A DNA stretch of 56,042 nucleotides from a virus. Lineage: Duplodnaviria; Caudoviricetes. Position numbers and translations under genes: made by a program. Where the stretch lies: positions 1 through 56,042 of IMG/VR virus record IMGVR_UViG_3300033741_000064; one strand, given 5' to 3'. How positions within the stretch are numbered: the first letter of the stretch is position 1; each line of letters opens with the position of its first letter. This document shows positions 36,557 to 45,020 of this stretch, in pieces. Under the pieces are notes generated by a model that had not been told where the DNA came from, ran no database searches, and saw only the letters and a program-made list of their open reading frames with translations.

Positions 36557-38326
36557 CTATAGCGCGACGAAGCCAGCAGAGTCACTGCCCGATGTCGAAT
36601 CGCTGGGAGCTCCACTCGAGCGCAGTACCGAACTCGACGACGTGCCACTGGAGATGATGATCGGGGCCACGTCGTAGAACTCGTGGATCTCGTCTGGCTC
36701 ATACCACGCCATGATGATGCCGTCAGCGCGGTCACCTGAACGGATGCCGCGCTTCAGCATGGATGCCTTCGGTTCGATCTTGATCTTGCCGCGTGCGTCT
36801 TCGCCGTACTTCGGCGCGTTCATCTGGGCAACCGTCTTGTCGTCCACGTCGAGGATGATCGAACGTTGGCCGTGAGAGTCAGCCATGACAGCTTTCCGCA
36901 TTGCCCACCACATCTCGTCGCGGACGTTCGTGAAGTGAACCACGTCACGCGGGAGACTGCCGGCCTTGACCTCAAGGAACACGACGCCGGCGATGCCACC
37001 CTGCGAGACGGGCAGCTCAGACAGGCGCTTCAGATCACCGTAGATATGCCAGCCGAGGCCGAGGCTGTCTACTTTCGCACGCACAGGGGCACTGATGCCT
37101 CGCTTCTTGTGCTCCGCTGCAGCCCATCTAGCCCACTTCGCACACACAGACACGACGTACTGAGAGTCTCGATGTCGCTCGTCAACACGGCCATACTTCG
37201 TCGTCGCTACACCAGTGTCTATCGCGGCGATCACGAACTCGTCACTCATGCCGCCAGCGATGTCCATGCCGAGCTGGATCTCTCCACCAGTCGGGACAAC
37301 GAAGTCATCTTCGACCTCGCCGTTCTTCTTACGCGGCAGCCTGGCCGCTTCGAGCCACATGATCGGCAGGGTCTTCGACTCGTTGCTCTTCGGGAACTGT
37401 GCGTCACGCCGGGCAATGACAACCGCGGATTCTTCACCGTACTCGTCGACGAGATCTTGCACGTAGTCAGCGTCAATCAGGTGCGACGCGACCGTGTGCG
37501 GCTCCATGCCCTTGTGCGATCGGCAGAGCCCGAGATCTTCGCCGGTGAAGTTCGGTGTCTTGCTGTAGGGAATCGGGATGACGTTGAACAGATCCGTGCG
37601 CTCACACTGCTTCTCGAACCACGAGCCTTCGTCGTCGATCGGCGGGTTCCCGATGAGCAGTAGCCGAGTGTGCGAACCAGTCAGCAGACCGAGCAGACCA
37701 CGGCCGAACAGGTGCGAGATGCCGCCAGCTTCGTCGACAACAATCAGGACGTGCGGTGCGTGCATTCCGGAGAGCGCTGCTTCATCCTCGTCCGGAGGCT
37801 TGATACCTTCCGCGACTAGCTCACGGTTGCCGCCAGTGTCGATGTACCACTCGACCATGTTCATCGTGCCCGGTAGTCCGTGCGCGGCGTGGACGTTGCG
37901 GATGTACGGCCACAGCACGTTTCTCACTTGCCGGAAAGTCGTGGCCGTCGTCAGGATACGGGCGGTGCCGGCCGGATGCACTGAGCCCCACCAAGCGATG
38001 ATTCTGGCCGCGATGTGCGACTTGCCGGGAGCGTGGCACGCCGGTACTGCCGTGCGCTTGTTGTCGCGCACTGAAGTCATGATCTCGCGCTGCAGCGACC
38101 ACGCGATCTCGTCTAAGCCTTGCGGGGATGTGACGAAGCCAACCGGATCATTCACGAACGACAGGTACGGGTTCGACTTCCGTTCTTCCATCATGGCCAC
38201 GAGCTTGTTCCGCTCGTTCTGGCTCAGTGCCTTGTAGAACTCTGATCGCTGGTCTGGAGTCATCGCCTTCAGCCGAGTGAAGATGTCCGGCTTCCTAGCC
38301 GGTGCCTTCTCTTCGGTCAAACTCAC
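36557..38326 (-). CDS. terL: Terminase large subunit
   Basis: ACHAPGKS Walker A, LIVVDEA Walker B, IGNP, GMDIAGG, SGDRADG. Confidence 0.95.
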   Translation of the reverse strand: MSLTEEKAPARKPDIFTRLKAMTPDQRSEFYKALSQNERNKLVAMMEERKSNPYLSFVNDPVGFVTSPQGLDEIAWSLQREIMTSVRDNKRTAVPACHAPGKSHIAARIIAWWGSVHPAGTARILTTATTFRQVRNVLWPYIRNVHAAHGLPGTMNMVEWYIDTGGNRELVAEGIKPPDEDEAALSGMHAPHVLIVVDEAGGISHLFGRGLLGLLTGSHTRLLLIGNPPIDDEGSWFEKQCERTDLFNVIPIPYSKTPNFTGEDLGLCRSHKGMEPHTVASHLIDADYVQDLVDEYGEESAVVIARRDAQFPKSNESKTLPIMWLEAARLPRKKNGEVEDDFVVPTGGEIQLGMDIAGGMSDEFVIAAIDTGVATTKYGRVDERHRDSQYVVSVCAKWARWAAAEHKKRGISAPVRAKVDSLGLGWHIYGDLKRLSELPVSQGGIAGVVFLEVKAGSLPRDVVHFTNVRDEMWWAMRKAVMADSHGQRSIILDVDDKTVAQMNAPKYGEDARGKIKIEPKASMLKRGIRSGDRADGIIMAWYEPDEIHEFYDVAPIIISSGTSSSSVLRSSGAPSDSTSGSDSAGFVAL

Positions 38327-38419
38327 TGGTGGCTCCTAGACGGCTGTTTACGGTGTGGCGGGTGAACTTGTATGCGCTCGAGCTTACAGACAGCGGAGAC
38401 GGGCGCCGGGCAGCGGAGA

Positions 38420-38866
38420 CTAGCTCTCTGGTCGTGCGGGGATCGTCAGTACCGTGCAGTTCGTCCACCGGCACACGTCAACCGCGTGCGGCCCGTACTG
38501 GATGTACCAGACATTCTGCTCGATGTAGCGATCCTCAGCGGTGAGCGTCTCTTCATACGCGAGTTCAGCAAGCCACTCTTCATCCGTGGTGCCGAACTCT
38601 GCGCGGTGCTCGATCAGATAGCCGGTGCTCTCATGCGACAGCTCCTTCGCGTACATCGTGTCCATCACGAAGACTTGCTCGCCAACCTGCGGCGCGTGCA
38701 TCCGGTCGAAGACTTCAGGGCCACGCGAATCAAAAGCAGCTTTATGCAGCAGTGCGCCATAGAGCGCGGGGTAGATCGCCGTGAGTGCTGCCTTGCCGGA
38801 GACAGTCAGCAGATAATCGGCCGGATCTCTCTCGACGCCGGTAATGCCTTCACGCGGTTGCTTCAT
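38420..38866 (-). CDS. Hypothetical protein
   Basis: AGGAACGGAAC leader. Confidence 0.7.
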   Translation of the reverse strand: MKQPREGITGVERDPADYLLTVSGKAALTAIYPALYGALLHKAAFDSRGPEVFDRMHAPQVGEQVFVMDTMYAKELSHESTGYLIEHRAEFGTTDEEWLAELAYEETLTAEDRYIEQNVWYIQYGPHAVDVCRWTNCTVLTIPARPES

Positions 38867-38881
38867 GATCTCGTTCCGTTC

Positions 38882-39259
38882 CTAGTAGATGATATTGCGA
38901 TCAGGCGCCGGCCGGGGAGCTGGAGCCTGGCTCTTCTGCGGCGCAGCTTTCGTGCGCTCCTGCCGGCGAACCGACTCAACTTCATTGCGTGCTGCATCCT
39001 GCTCACGCCGCAAATCTTCTTCCGGATCCACCGGGGGCGCTTCATGCTTGCGTGGAGCTGCAACCAACGAGTGCTCACGGCCGCTCTCATCCGTAAACCA
39101 GCTCTCGCCACCAGTCTCCCAATAGATCCCAAACTTGCCGGCAAGACCGATATGCGCTCCGAGATGATCCTCAAACAGATCACAGCCAACCGCGTCCATC
39201 CCCAGACCGAGACTCTCAACGCTCTTCCTCGCACGGCAATCACGACGCGGCTTAGCCAT
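38882..39259 (-). CDS. Hypothetical protein
   Basis: Start MAKPRRDC just after the terS stop; C..C...H..H motif. Confidence 0.6.
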   Translation of the reverse strand: MAKPRRDCRARKSVESLGLGMDAVGCDLFEDHLGAHIGLAGKFGIYWETGGESWFTDESGREHSLVAAPRKHEAPPVDPEEDLRREQDAARNEVESVRRQERTKAAPQKSQAPAPRPAPDRNIIY

Positions 39260-39263
39260 ATAC

Positions 39264-39914
39264 CTACTCGGGTGAATCATCATCCACCAACTCCGCCTCA
39301 ACAACATCCGACTCATCATCATCGAGCCCCGGAATCAACGCCTCAATCTCATTGAACTTCCGCTCAATCTCATCAGCACTCACCACCGACACATCAACAG
39401 CCACCGGCGAACCAGCCTCAGAACCTTCATGCGCAATACGCAACCGAGCTTCCGGCCGACCGTACTGCTCCGGCATCTTCCGCTCCAACAACCACGCAGC
39501 AGCTTGCCAGTTCTTCGTCATCGCCTGACTGATCACCGTCAACGCACGCGACTCAAACACTGACTTCGCTTTTTCAAGTGCTAACGCGAACACTACGAAG
39601 GGCCATTCAACGGGGTCGAAGTCTTCTGGTACGTCTGTCCAGTGGTTTTTCGTGGGCCAGTGTTCTTCGAGTGTTGGGATTTGTTCGAGTGAGTCTTCTC
39701 CGGTTAGGTCGTCTACGCGGACTATCTCTAGTTTGCCTCGGCGTTGCCAGACGAATGCGGTGTTGCCGGAGATGCCGACTGCGCTAGCGGCGGAGCTGAT
39801 TGCTAGACCGTTGGAGACGTACCCTACGAGTTTCTGGAGTCGGTCGAGGGTGATCTTTGCTGGTGGGCCTTTAGGCTTCTTCGCGAGCACTCCGCCCTGC
39901 TTTGGGGAGGGCAT
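39264..39914 (-). CDS. terS: Terminase small subunit
   Basis: N-terminal HTH (ISSAASAVGISGNT..W..RG), NWQAAAWLLERKMPEQYG. Confidence 0.88.
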   Translation of the reverse strand: MPSPKQGGVLAKKPKGPPAKITLDRLQKLVGYVSNGLAISSAASAVGISGNTAFVWQRRGKLEIVRVDDLTGEDSLEQIPTLEEHWPTKNHWTDVPEDFDPVEWPFVVFALALEKAKSVFESRALTVISQAMTKNWQAAAWLLERKMPEQYGRPEARLRIAHEGSEAGSPVAVDVSVVSADEIERKFNEIEALIPGLDDDESDVVEAELVDDDSPE

Positions 39915-39919
39915 CGGTA

Positions 39920-40375
39920 CTAGCTCCTATCGCCGGAGCGGTAGCGCGCGTGTAGCTTGCGGCGGCTCTCTTCGCTGTTGCGGCGGATCGCTTCGTTGAT
40001 CGTCGCTTGTGATGCCGGCGAGAGCGTTGGGGGAAGGTCGCCAATGATGTTTCGGTGAATCATCGGTTTCAGGCCGGTGCGGAGCAGGGGGAGATCTTCG
40101 ATGATGTCTGCGGGTACGTCAATGAGTCCACAGGCGTCTCCATCTGTGAACTCTGGTTGCTTGCAAGCTTTCTCAACGGTGCGCGTCATCTCGCGATATG
40201 CGTTCAGTTGCGCCGTCATCTGCTCTGCGATGTCCGCGAATATCTGGAGGACTCTATCTAGTGCGTCAGCCAAATTCTTCGCGTTGATGGTTTCGCGTGG
40301 TTGTTTGCCAGCCGTGGCCGCAATCTCCAGCTCTTCCTTCAGGTTCTTCGCCCGTTCATCTTCTTGCTTGTTCAC
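39920..40375 (-). CDS. Hypothetical protein
   Basis: GTG start after GAAGGAG overlapping the upstream stop. Confidence 0.6.
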   Translation of the reverse strand: MNKQEDERAKNLKEELEIAATAGKQPRETINAKNLADALDRVLQIFADIAEQMTAQLNAYREMTRTVEKACKQPEFTDGDACGLIDVPADIIEDLPLLRTGLKPMIHRNIIGDLPPTLSPASQATINEAIRRNSEESRRKLHARYRSGDRS

Positions 40376-40806
40376 GATAGCTCCTTCACGCTCTGCTTGG
40401 CAAGCTCTAACTGATCGTACGCTGCCTTCCAACGAGCGCGGCCGGTTGCCGTGGAGTGATGTGTGGCTAGGTCGCTGAAACAGGCGGAGAGCGCTGCTGA
40501 GGCGTAGGGATCGCGTGCCTGGCCGACTCGCCATGCGTAGGGAGCGTCAGGTTCTCTCGGTAGACGTGCGGCAAGGGCGACAGCTCGAGTGACGCGCACA
40601 CCGAACTTTGCTTCGATCGTGCCGGCGTGAACGTGCGTCTCGTCAATGTGATGCAGCCAGCCGGTGATCGTCGTCAGCTCGTCGGCCGCTGGGAGCAGTA
40701 GGCCAGTGACGCGCTCGAGATGCGCGAACAGCGGTTCGTCTTCCAAGAAATCATGTTCCCGGTGGAGATGGTTCACCCAAGCTCGTGCCCGATCAGTTGC
40801 GCCCAT
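40372..40806 (-). CDS. Degenerate HD-domain protein (pseudo small alarmone hydrolase-like)
   Basis: ARAW...H..EPLFAHLERV..GWLHHIDET..I..KFG..V..AV; HDxxED replaced. Confidence 0.65.
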   Translation of the reverse strand: MGATDRARAWVNHLHREHDFLEDEPLFAHLERVTGLLLPAADELTTITGWLHHIDETHVHAGTIEAKFGVRVTRAVALAARLPREPDAPYAWRVGQARDPYASAALSACFSDLATHHSTATGRARWKAAYDQLELAKQSVKELS

Positions 40807-41014
40807 CAGTCACCGGCTCTCCGTCGTAGGGATTCACCGGGACAGTCGCGACCATCATCGCGGCACGATACCCAGCGACCAACGCCTCGCGCTCAGGGGT
40901 TCCATCTTTAGTCCCTGTCGGGAAACGCAGATGACCAGCTTTGCGAGCATCGAACGCTTGCTGCCAGAGCGAGGCCAACGTCTCAGCCGATACGGGAAGA
41001 GATGTCTCACTCAT
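40793..41014 (-). CDS. Hypothetical protein
   Basis: Operon ORF, start MSETSLP. Confidence 0.55.
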   Translation of the reverse strand: MSETSLPVSAETLASLWQQAFDARKAGHLRFPTGTKDGTPEREALVAGYRAAMMVATVPVNPYDGEPVTDGRN

Positions 41015-41571
41015 CGGTTCGCCCATCCCATAAGCCGGGTAATGCACTCCGAACAGAACTCACCATCACTGCCGCTATACCAACCAAGAGTCGCCCCTGT
41101 GATCGCTTGCATCGGTGTGTAGTCGTCCACGTCCGCTGCCGTGCGGTCACGGCCACAATCGTCACACTTCTGAAGTTCAGGCATCGGAGTCTCCGTCGTC
41201 AACAATCTGCGGTTCATCGCTTCAGCAAGTTTTCGGTCGATAGATTCGATCCAAGCCACAGCGACAGCGGCCGTCTGGATCAACTCAGCTCGAAGCTTGA
41301 TCGGATCATCTTCAGCCATAGCCTCGAAGACTTCCTCAAGCAAGATGTCTCCCCAAGTTCCCACGCGATCAGCCATACCGTCGAATCGCCAAACGGTGCG
41401 ACCCTGCAGCACGTCTCGGATGTAGTGCGCCTCATCGTCGTCAGCAATGCCGGTTGCTGTATCCGCGAGCAATGGCTGAGTATGCCGTCCGGTGCCGTCT
41501 AGATGATCCTGCTGACCCCACTTCGTGTCCTGCCGAACACGCTCATCCGAAATATCTTCTAGTGCTGTCAT
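41011..41571 (-). CDS. MazG-like nucleotide pyrophosphohydrolase with C-terminal Zn ribbon
   Basis: ERVRQDTKWG..ILLEEVFEA..ELIQTAAVAVAWIE; CDDC..CSEC. Confidence 0.75.
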   Translation of the reverse strand: MTALEDISDERVRQDTKWGQQDHLDGTGRHTQPLLADTATGIADDDEAHYIRDVLQGRTVWRFDGMADRVGTWGDILLEEVFEAMAEDDPIKLRAELIQTAAVAVAWIESIDRKLAEAMNRRLLTTETPMPELQKCDDCGRDRTAADVDDYTPMQAITGATLGWYSGSDGEFCSECITRLMGWANR

Positions 41572-41981
41572 GACTTTTCTCCGTTCACTGAATCGTTCGC
41601 TCCCCGCTTCACACAAACCTCGAGGGGACACTCGCCGGCAGCAGCACCATCGGTTCCTCGAGCGCAATACCAGCGGTTGATATTGGCGTCTTTACAATCT
41701 TCGTCCGGCGAATCCAGAATGATCTTCGAGCGCTGTTCCTTCTCCGCATTCGGAGAGACGATCTCCCAACGCAGAGATGCGACGTGCGCCGAGGGGTACG
41801 GGATCTCTGGGATGTTTTCAGGTCGCCAGTCGTCGTCACCAACTCGAGTCCAGATCGTACCGTTCGGCCAACGGATCCGAGAGCCACGTCGACGAGGGAG
41901 CGCCTCAATCTGCGACAGCGCCTCAAGCGCTTCGCTGGCCTTGCGACGAGCGTGCGCGAGTTCCTTCCGGTTGCCAATCAT
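41568..41981 (-). CDS. Hypothetical protein
   Basis: ATGA overlap with the MazG-like gene. Confidence 0.6.
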   Translation of the reverse strand: MIGNRKELAHARRKASEALEALSQIEALPRRRGSRIRWPNGTIWTRVGDDDWRPENIPEIPYPSAHVASLRWEIVSPNAEKEQRSKIILDSPDEDCKDANINRWYCARGTDGAAAGECPLEVCVKRGANDSVNGEKS

Positions 41982-42002
41982 GAGAAGGCCCGACCGAACC
42001 AG

Positions 42003-42239
42003 TCACTCATCGTCCTGGCTCCGTTCCGAGATCTCCTGAATCTTGTTCGCCACGAGTAGCAGCCCCAGCGAGAACATCGTGCCCATGAACAGCAGCCCGA
42101 GCGTCGTGCCCGGCGTCATCATGCCGCGTGCATAGTCAACTCCGAGAGAGAACATCGCGACCGAGAGCGGCGCCGTAATGATCAGCAGCACAATGACCAC
42201 GATCGTTACCAGCAGCAGTCCCTTCACAAACTTCTTCAT
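42003..42239 (-). CDS. Small 2-TM membrane protein
   Basis: MKKFVKGLLLVTIVV...; hydrophobic. Confidence 0.65.
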   Translation of the reverse strand: MKKFVKGLLLVTIVVIVLLIITAPLSVAMFSLGVDYARGMMTPGTTLGLLFMGTMFSLGLLLVANKIQEISERSQDDE

Positions 42240-42454
42240 TGCTTCGCTCCCAACAGGGCAATGAGCGGGATCCCGACAAAGACAATCAGGCACACTAAGC
42301 CGACCAGCGGGATCACCACGATCCAGAAACCCTTACTCATCATGAAGATCAGCGACTTGTTCCACAGCCGGCGAGGTGTGGAGACTGGAGTTCGAGCACG
42401 ATTACGAGCAAGCTCGCGCAGCCGTTCGGCCTGTTCCATATCTTCAATGTTCAT
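42236..42454 (-). CDS. Small membrane protein
   Basis: C-terminal TM. Confidence 0.65.
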   Translation of the reverse strand: MNIEDMEQAERLRELARNRARTPVSTPRRLWNKSLIFMMSKGFWIVVIPLVGLVCLIVFVGIPLIALLGAKQ

Positions 42455-42456
42455 CT

Positions 42457-43191
42457 CTACTCAGCCTCCTTCTCAGCCTTGATTCCGGCGTCGACGTAAT
42501 CCATGATCTTCACCATGATCCCGGCAATGTTGCGGATGTCCTTGAGCTGGCCGACAGTCTTCACCGTCTTCGAGAAGCGATCGAAGTCCTCATGGTTCGC
42601 GAGATACATCCGCGCATCCGGCTCGAGACGTTCGATCAGATGCTCCCAGCGGTCAAGGTTGCTCGACATAAACAGCACGTAGATCGGCTCGAAGTCGAAC
42701 TCGACGTCCAGAGATTCTGACGGCCACGAACCAACGTCGAGCCTCATATCCATGTCGGACAGGCCGGACTCGAGCTTGGCTTCCGTGCTCTCCATCGAGT
42801 CGAAGAGCTGACGCAGAATATCTAAGTCGTCCTCGCCCGAGAGCGCGTTATGCGCGAGCTGCTTCGCGGTGATCTCGTCCTCTGTGAGATCTCGCTCAAT
42901 GACGATGCAGTGGATGATCATCAAGCCGGCCGTGCGAGCTGCTCGAGTTCGGTGATGACCGGACAGGATCGCAAAGAAATCTGGCTGGTCTGGAATCAAA
43001 GCCACGAGCGGCAGAGACTCCAGCCGGCTCTCAGCGCCGATGTTCGTGGCAAGCCTCGCGAACTTGTCCGGGCTCATCACACGCGCGTTCACATCACGCT
43101 CACGCAGTCGATCCAGATGCACTTTCCAGATCGCTAGACCCGGCGATAGCTCTAGGAGTCGTTCAGGCTTTGGTACGTCGTTCCTCGACAA
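42457..43191 (-). CDS. ParB/Srx-like N-domain protein (DNA-modification-associated type)
   Basis: NARVM....F..L..NI...ILSGHHRTRAA..QLAHNALSGEDD; TTG start after GAGGAAG, overlapping the upstream gene. Confidence 0.85.
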   Translation of the reverse strand: MSRNDVPKPERLLELSPGLAIWKVHLDRLRERDVNARVMSPDKFARLATNIGAESRLESLPLVALIPDQPDFFAILSGHHRTRAARTAGLMIIHCIVIERDLTEDEITAKQLAHNALSGEDDLDILRQLFDSMESTEAKLESGLSDMDMRLDVGSWPSESLDVEFDFEPIYVLFMSSNLDRWEHLIERLEPDARMYLANHEDFDRFSKTVKTVGQLKDIRNIAGIMVKIMDYVDAGIKAEKEAE

Positions 43192-44587
43192 AGGCTTCTT
43201 CCTCTCGAATAAACCGCTCGACAACATCCTTGAAAGTGTCGTCGCGGAAATCTGCCACCATCCGGAGCTTGTAGTTCCCGTCTGGCTGTACTTCTCGGTG
43301 ATCCACCGTGTAGATCCCGTTCGTTGCTTTGCTCTTCCGGTAGCGGCTGAAGATCGTCGTCTTGATCCCACGGATCTTCCAGTACCGATTCTGCCGAGCC
43401 AACGCCCGAAGGTGCGGCGCGAACGCTTGCGACGTGATCAGCAGGTTCAACAGCCGAGACGTACGCGGGTAGACATCACTCGGAACCGTGAAGCCGGAGT
43501 TCAGGAACGCATACTCATCGACCAACCGCATCACCGGCGACATCATGAACATCAACATGCCGAACACCTTGCCGTCGATCAGAATCAAGCCGTACCACTC
43601 GTTGCCCGAAGGGACTCCGAGACGGTGCGCAAACAGGTCGCGGTAGTAGTACGCCACTTCCGGCGTCGTCGTGATCACACGCACGTCTGAGTCGGCCGTC
43701 ATCACGTCAGTCGCACCCCAGATTCGGGCGTCGAGTGGCCTCACGTTCTTCCGTGCAAACGACTTCACACCGTACTTGTGGATAAACCCGTCGAGCACTG
43801 CCGGCCGCGTGCAAAGCCAGTGCGTCACCGTGTGCGGCTTTTCCTCGATCGAGTAGATGATGTCTTCATCCTTGAAATTCTCGACCGACTTCTCGCGATA
43901 CCAGAAGAACGCCGCCTCCGAGATCTGCGACAGCTCGTAGAGCCGGGTGAAGTTCTTGTTCATATCGAGCGGCTCAACGCCAGCGTCGTACTCGATGACA
44001 TCCTCGAAGTCGAAGATCTTGTCGTCGCTATACAGCGGCGGATTGATCACCACCACCGTCTGATCGTCGTACTCCTTCGCAACAGCGTCACGGAGATCCT
44101 CGTGCTCATAGCGGATGCCGGCGTACCGCTTCACCATCGCCTCGACCTGAGTGAGCAGTCGCTCCACATGCACCTGAAAGTGTGCGTCGAGATCCTCGAC
44201 CTCCGCGTTCCGGTAGTGGAGTTTCGCGAGCTGCGTGCGCTTCATGAGCCACAACACGAACGCGACTCTCACGTCACCACGTTCCCTGTCGAGCGTGAGC
44301 GTCTCGTACAGCACCTCAAACTCTGGGGTGATGACGTAGGAAGGTTTCGGGTTATCTTCGCGTAGAAGACTGCCTACGAGGGCGGAGAACAGGGAAACAT
44401 CCGAGACGGTGATGTTCTCACGCTCGTATCCGGCAACAATCGCGCTTAGCACGAGGTTGAACTGACCAACAGCCGGCACCACTAGCTTCGGCCTGGCTTT
44501 CAGAGTGTGTCCCAGAGCGAGGGCGAGAAACTGCCGACTCGGGCCTTTCGTCACCCCTAGAAATATGGGATCTTTCGTGCGAGCCAC
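43163..44587 (-). CDS. Adenine-MTase-like / GNAT-like fusion (putative DNA base-modification, antirestriction enzyme)
   Basis: Degenerate motif I LVVPAVGQF, motif IV VVINPPLY; C-domain YYRDLFAH..LIDGKVFGML..RTSRLL..IKTT..SRY; GTG at 44587 after GGAGGT. Confidence 0.7.
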   Translation of the reverse strand: MARTKDPIFLGVTKGPSRQFLALALGHTLKARPKLVVPAVGQFNLVLSAIVAGYERENITVSDVSLFSALVGSLLREDNPKPSYVITPEFEVLYETLTLDRERGDVRVAFVLWLMKRTQLAKLHYRNAEVEDLDAHFQVHVERLLTQVEAMVKRYAGIRYEHEDLRDAVAKEYDDQTVVVINPPLYSDDKIFDFEDVIEYDAGVEPLDMNKNFTRLYELSQISEAAFFWYREKSVENFKDEDIIYSIEEKPHTVTHWLCTRPAVLDGFIHKYGVKSFARKNVRPLDARIWGATDVMTADSDVRVITTTPEVAYYYRDLFAHRLGVPSGNEWYGLILIDGKVFGMLMFMMSPVMRLVDEYAFLNSGFTVPSDVYPRTSRLLNLLITSQAFAPHLRALARQNRYWKIRGIKTTIFSRYRKSKATNGIYTVDHREVQPDGNYKLRMVADFRDDTFKDVVERFIREEEAFVEERRTKA

Positions 44588-44615
44588 TCTTACCTCCGTC
44601 CCGTTGTACGGACGG

Positions 44616-44687
44616 TGGATGCGGGAGCCAGACTTGCACTGACATCTGAACGCAGGAAGCGCCCCATATTGGTTATACGACCCCGCA
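44616..44687 (-). tRNA. Non-canonical tRNA-Gly(UCC)-like RNA
   Basis: TGCGGGG TC GTAT AACCA ATAT G GGGCG CTTCCTG CGTTC AGAT GTCAG TGCAAGT CTGGC TCCCGCA T CCA: four paired stems, TCC anticodon, U73, encoded CCA. Confidence 0.8.
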
Positions 44688-44705
44688 ATGTGCGCCGCAG
44701 TCCCC

Positions 44706-44735
44706 AGTATAGGGGGAGCGCTGAAGTCATAGCAA
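44706..44735 (-). promoter_or_regulatory. SigA-type promoter for the tRNA/modification operon
   Basis: TTGCTA-N18-TATACT, 18 nt upstream of the tRNA 5' end. Confidence 0.65.
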
Positions 44736-45020
44736 CACCGCAACAATGCCGTCTTTCTGGTTCTCGAAGATCGCACCGCAGCAAGCAGACTTCCACCTTT
44801 TTACCCGAGGGCTCAAGCCCGACTGAGAATCCCACTGGGCAAGATGCAGCTTGCAGATATGACCGGCAAGAGCCGAGCAGCTCGAGCAGATCATCGCCGC
44901 TGCCGCTGGCTCGCCGCAATATGTCGGCACCATCTTCAGCGTTCGCGGGTCGAGTATCCGGATCTCACAGTTAGGTGTCTCCCCGGTGAGTTCCTCGAGA
45001 GACTCAGGCTCAGTCATCAT
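44727..45020 (-). CDS. Cys/His-rich Zn-binding protein
   Basis: NCEI..YCGEPA..ICSSC..HICKLH..ACC. Confidence 0.65.
   Translation of the reverse strand: MMTEPESLEELTGETPNCEIRILDPRTLKMVPTYCGEPAAAAMICSSCSALAGHICKLHLAQWDSQSGLSPRVKRWKSACCGAIFENQKDGIVAVLL

Noticed and set aside
42457-43371. ParB as a plasmid-prophage partition system
   Set aside because: No parA or parS array is adjacent; it overlaps the MTase-GNAT gene, as modification-associated ParB-like genes do
44588-44776. 63-aa N-terminal extension of ORF 43163..44776
   Set aside because: It overlaps the promoter and the tRNA-like RNA; GTG at 44587 has a GGAGGT RBS
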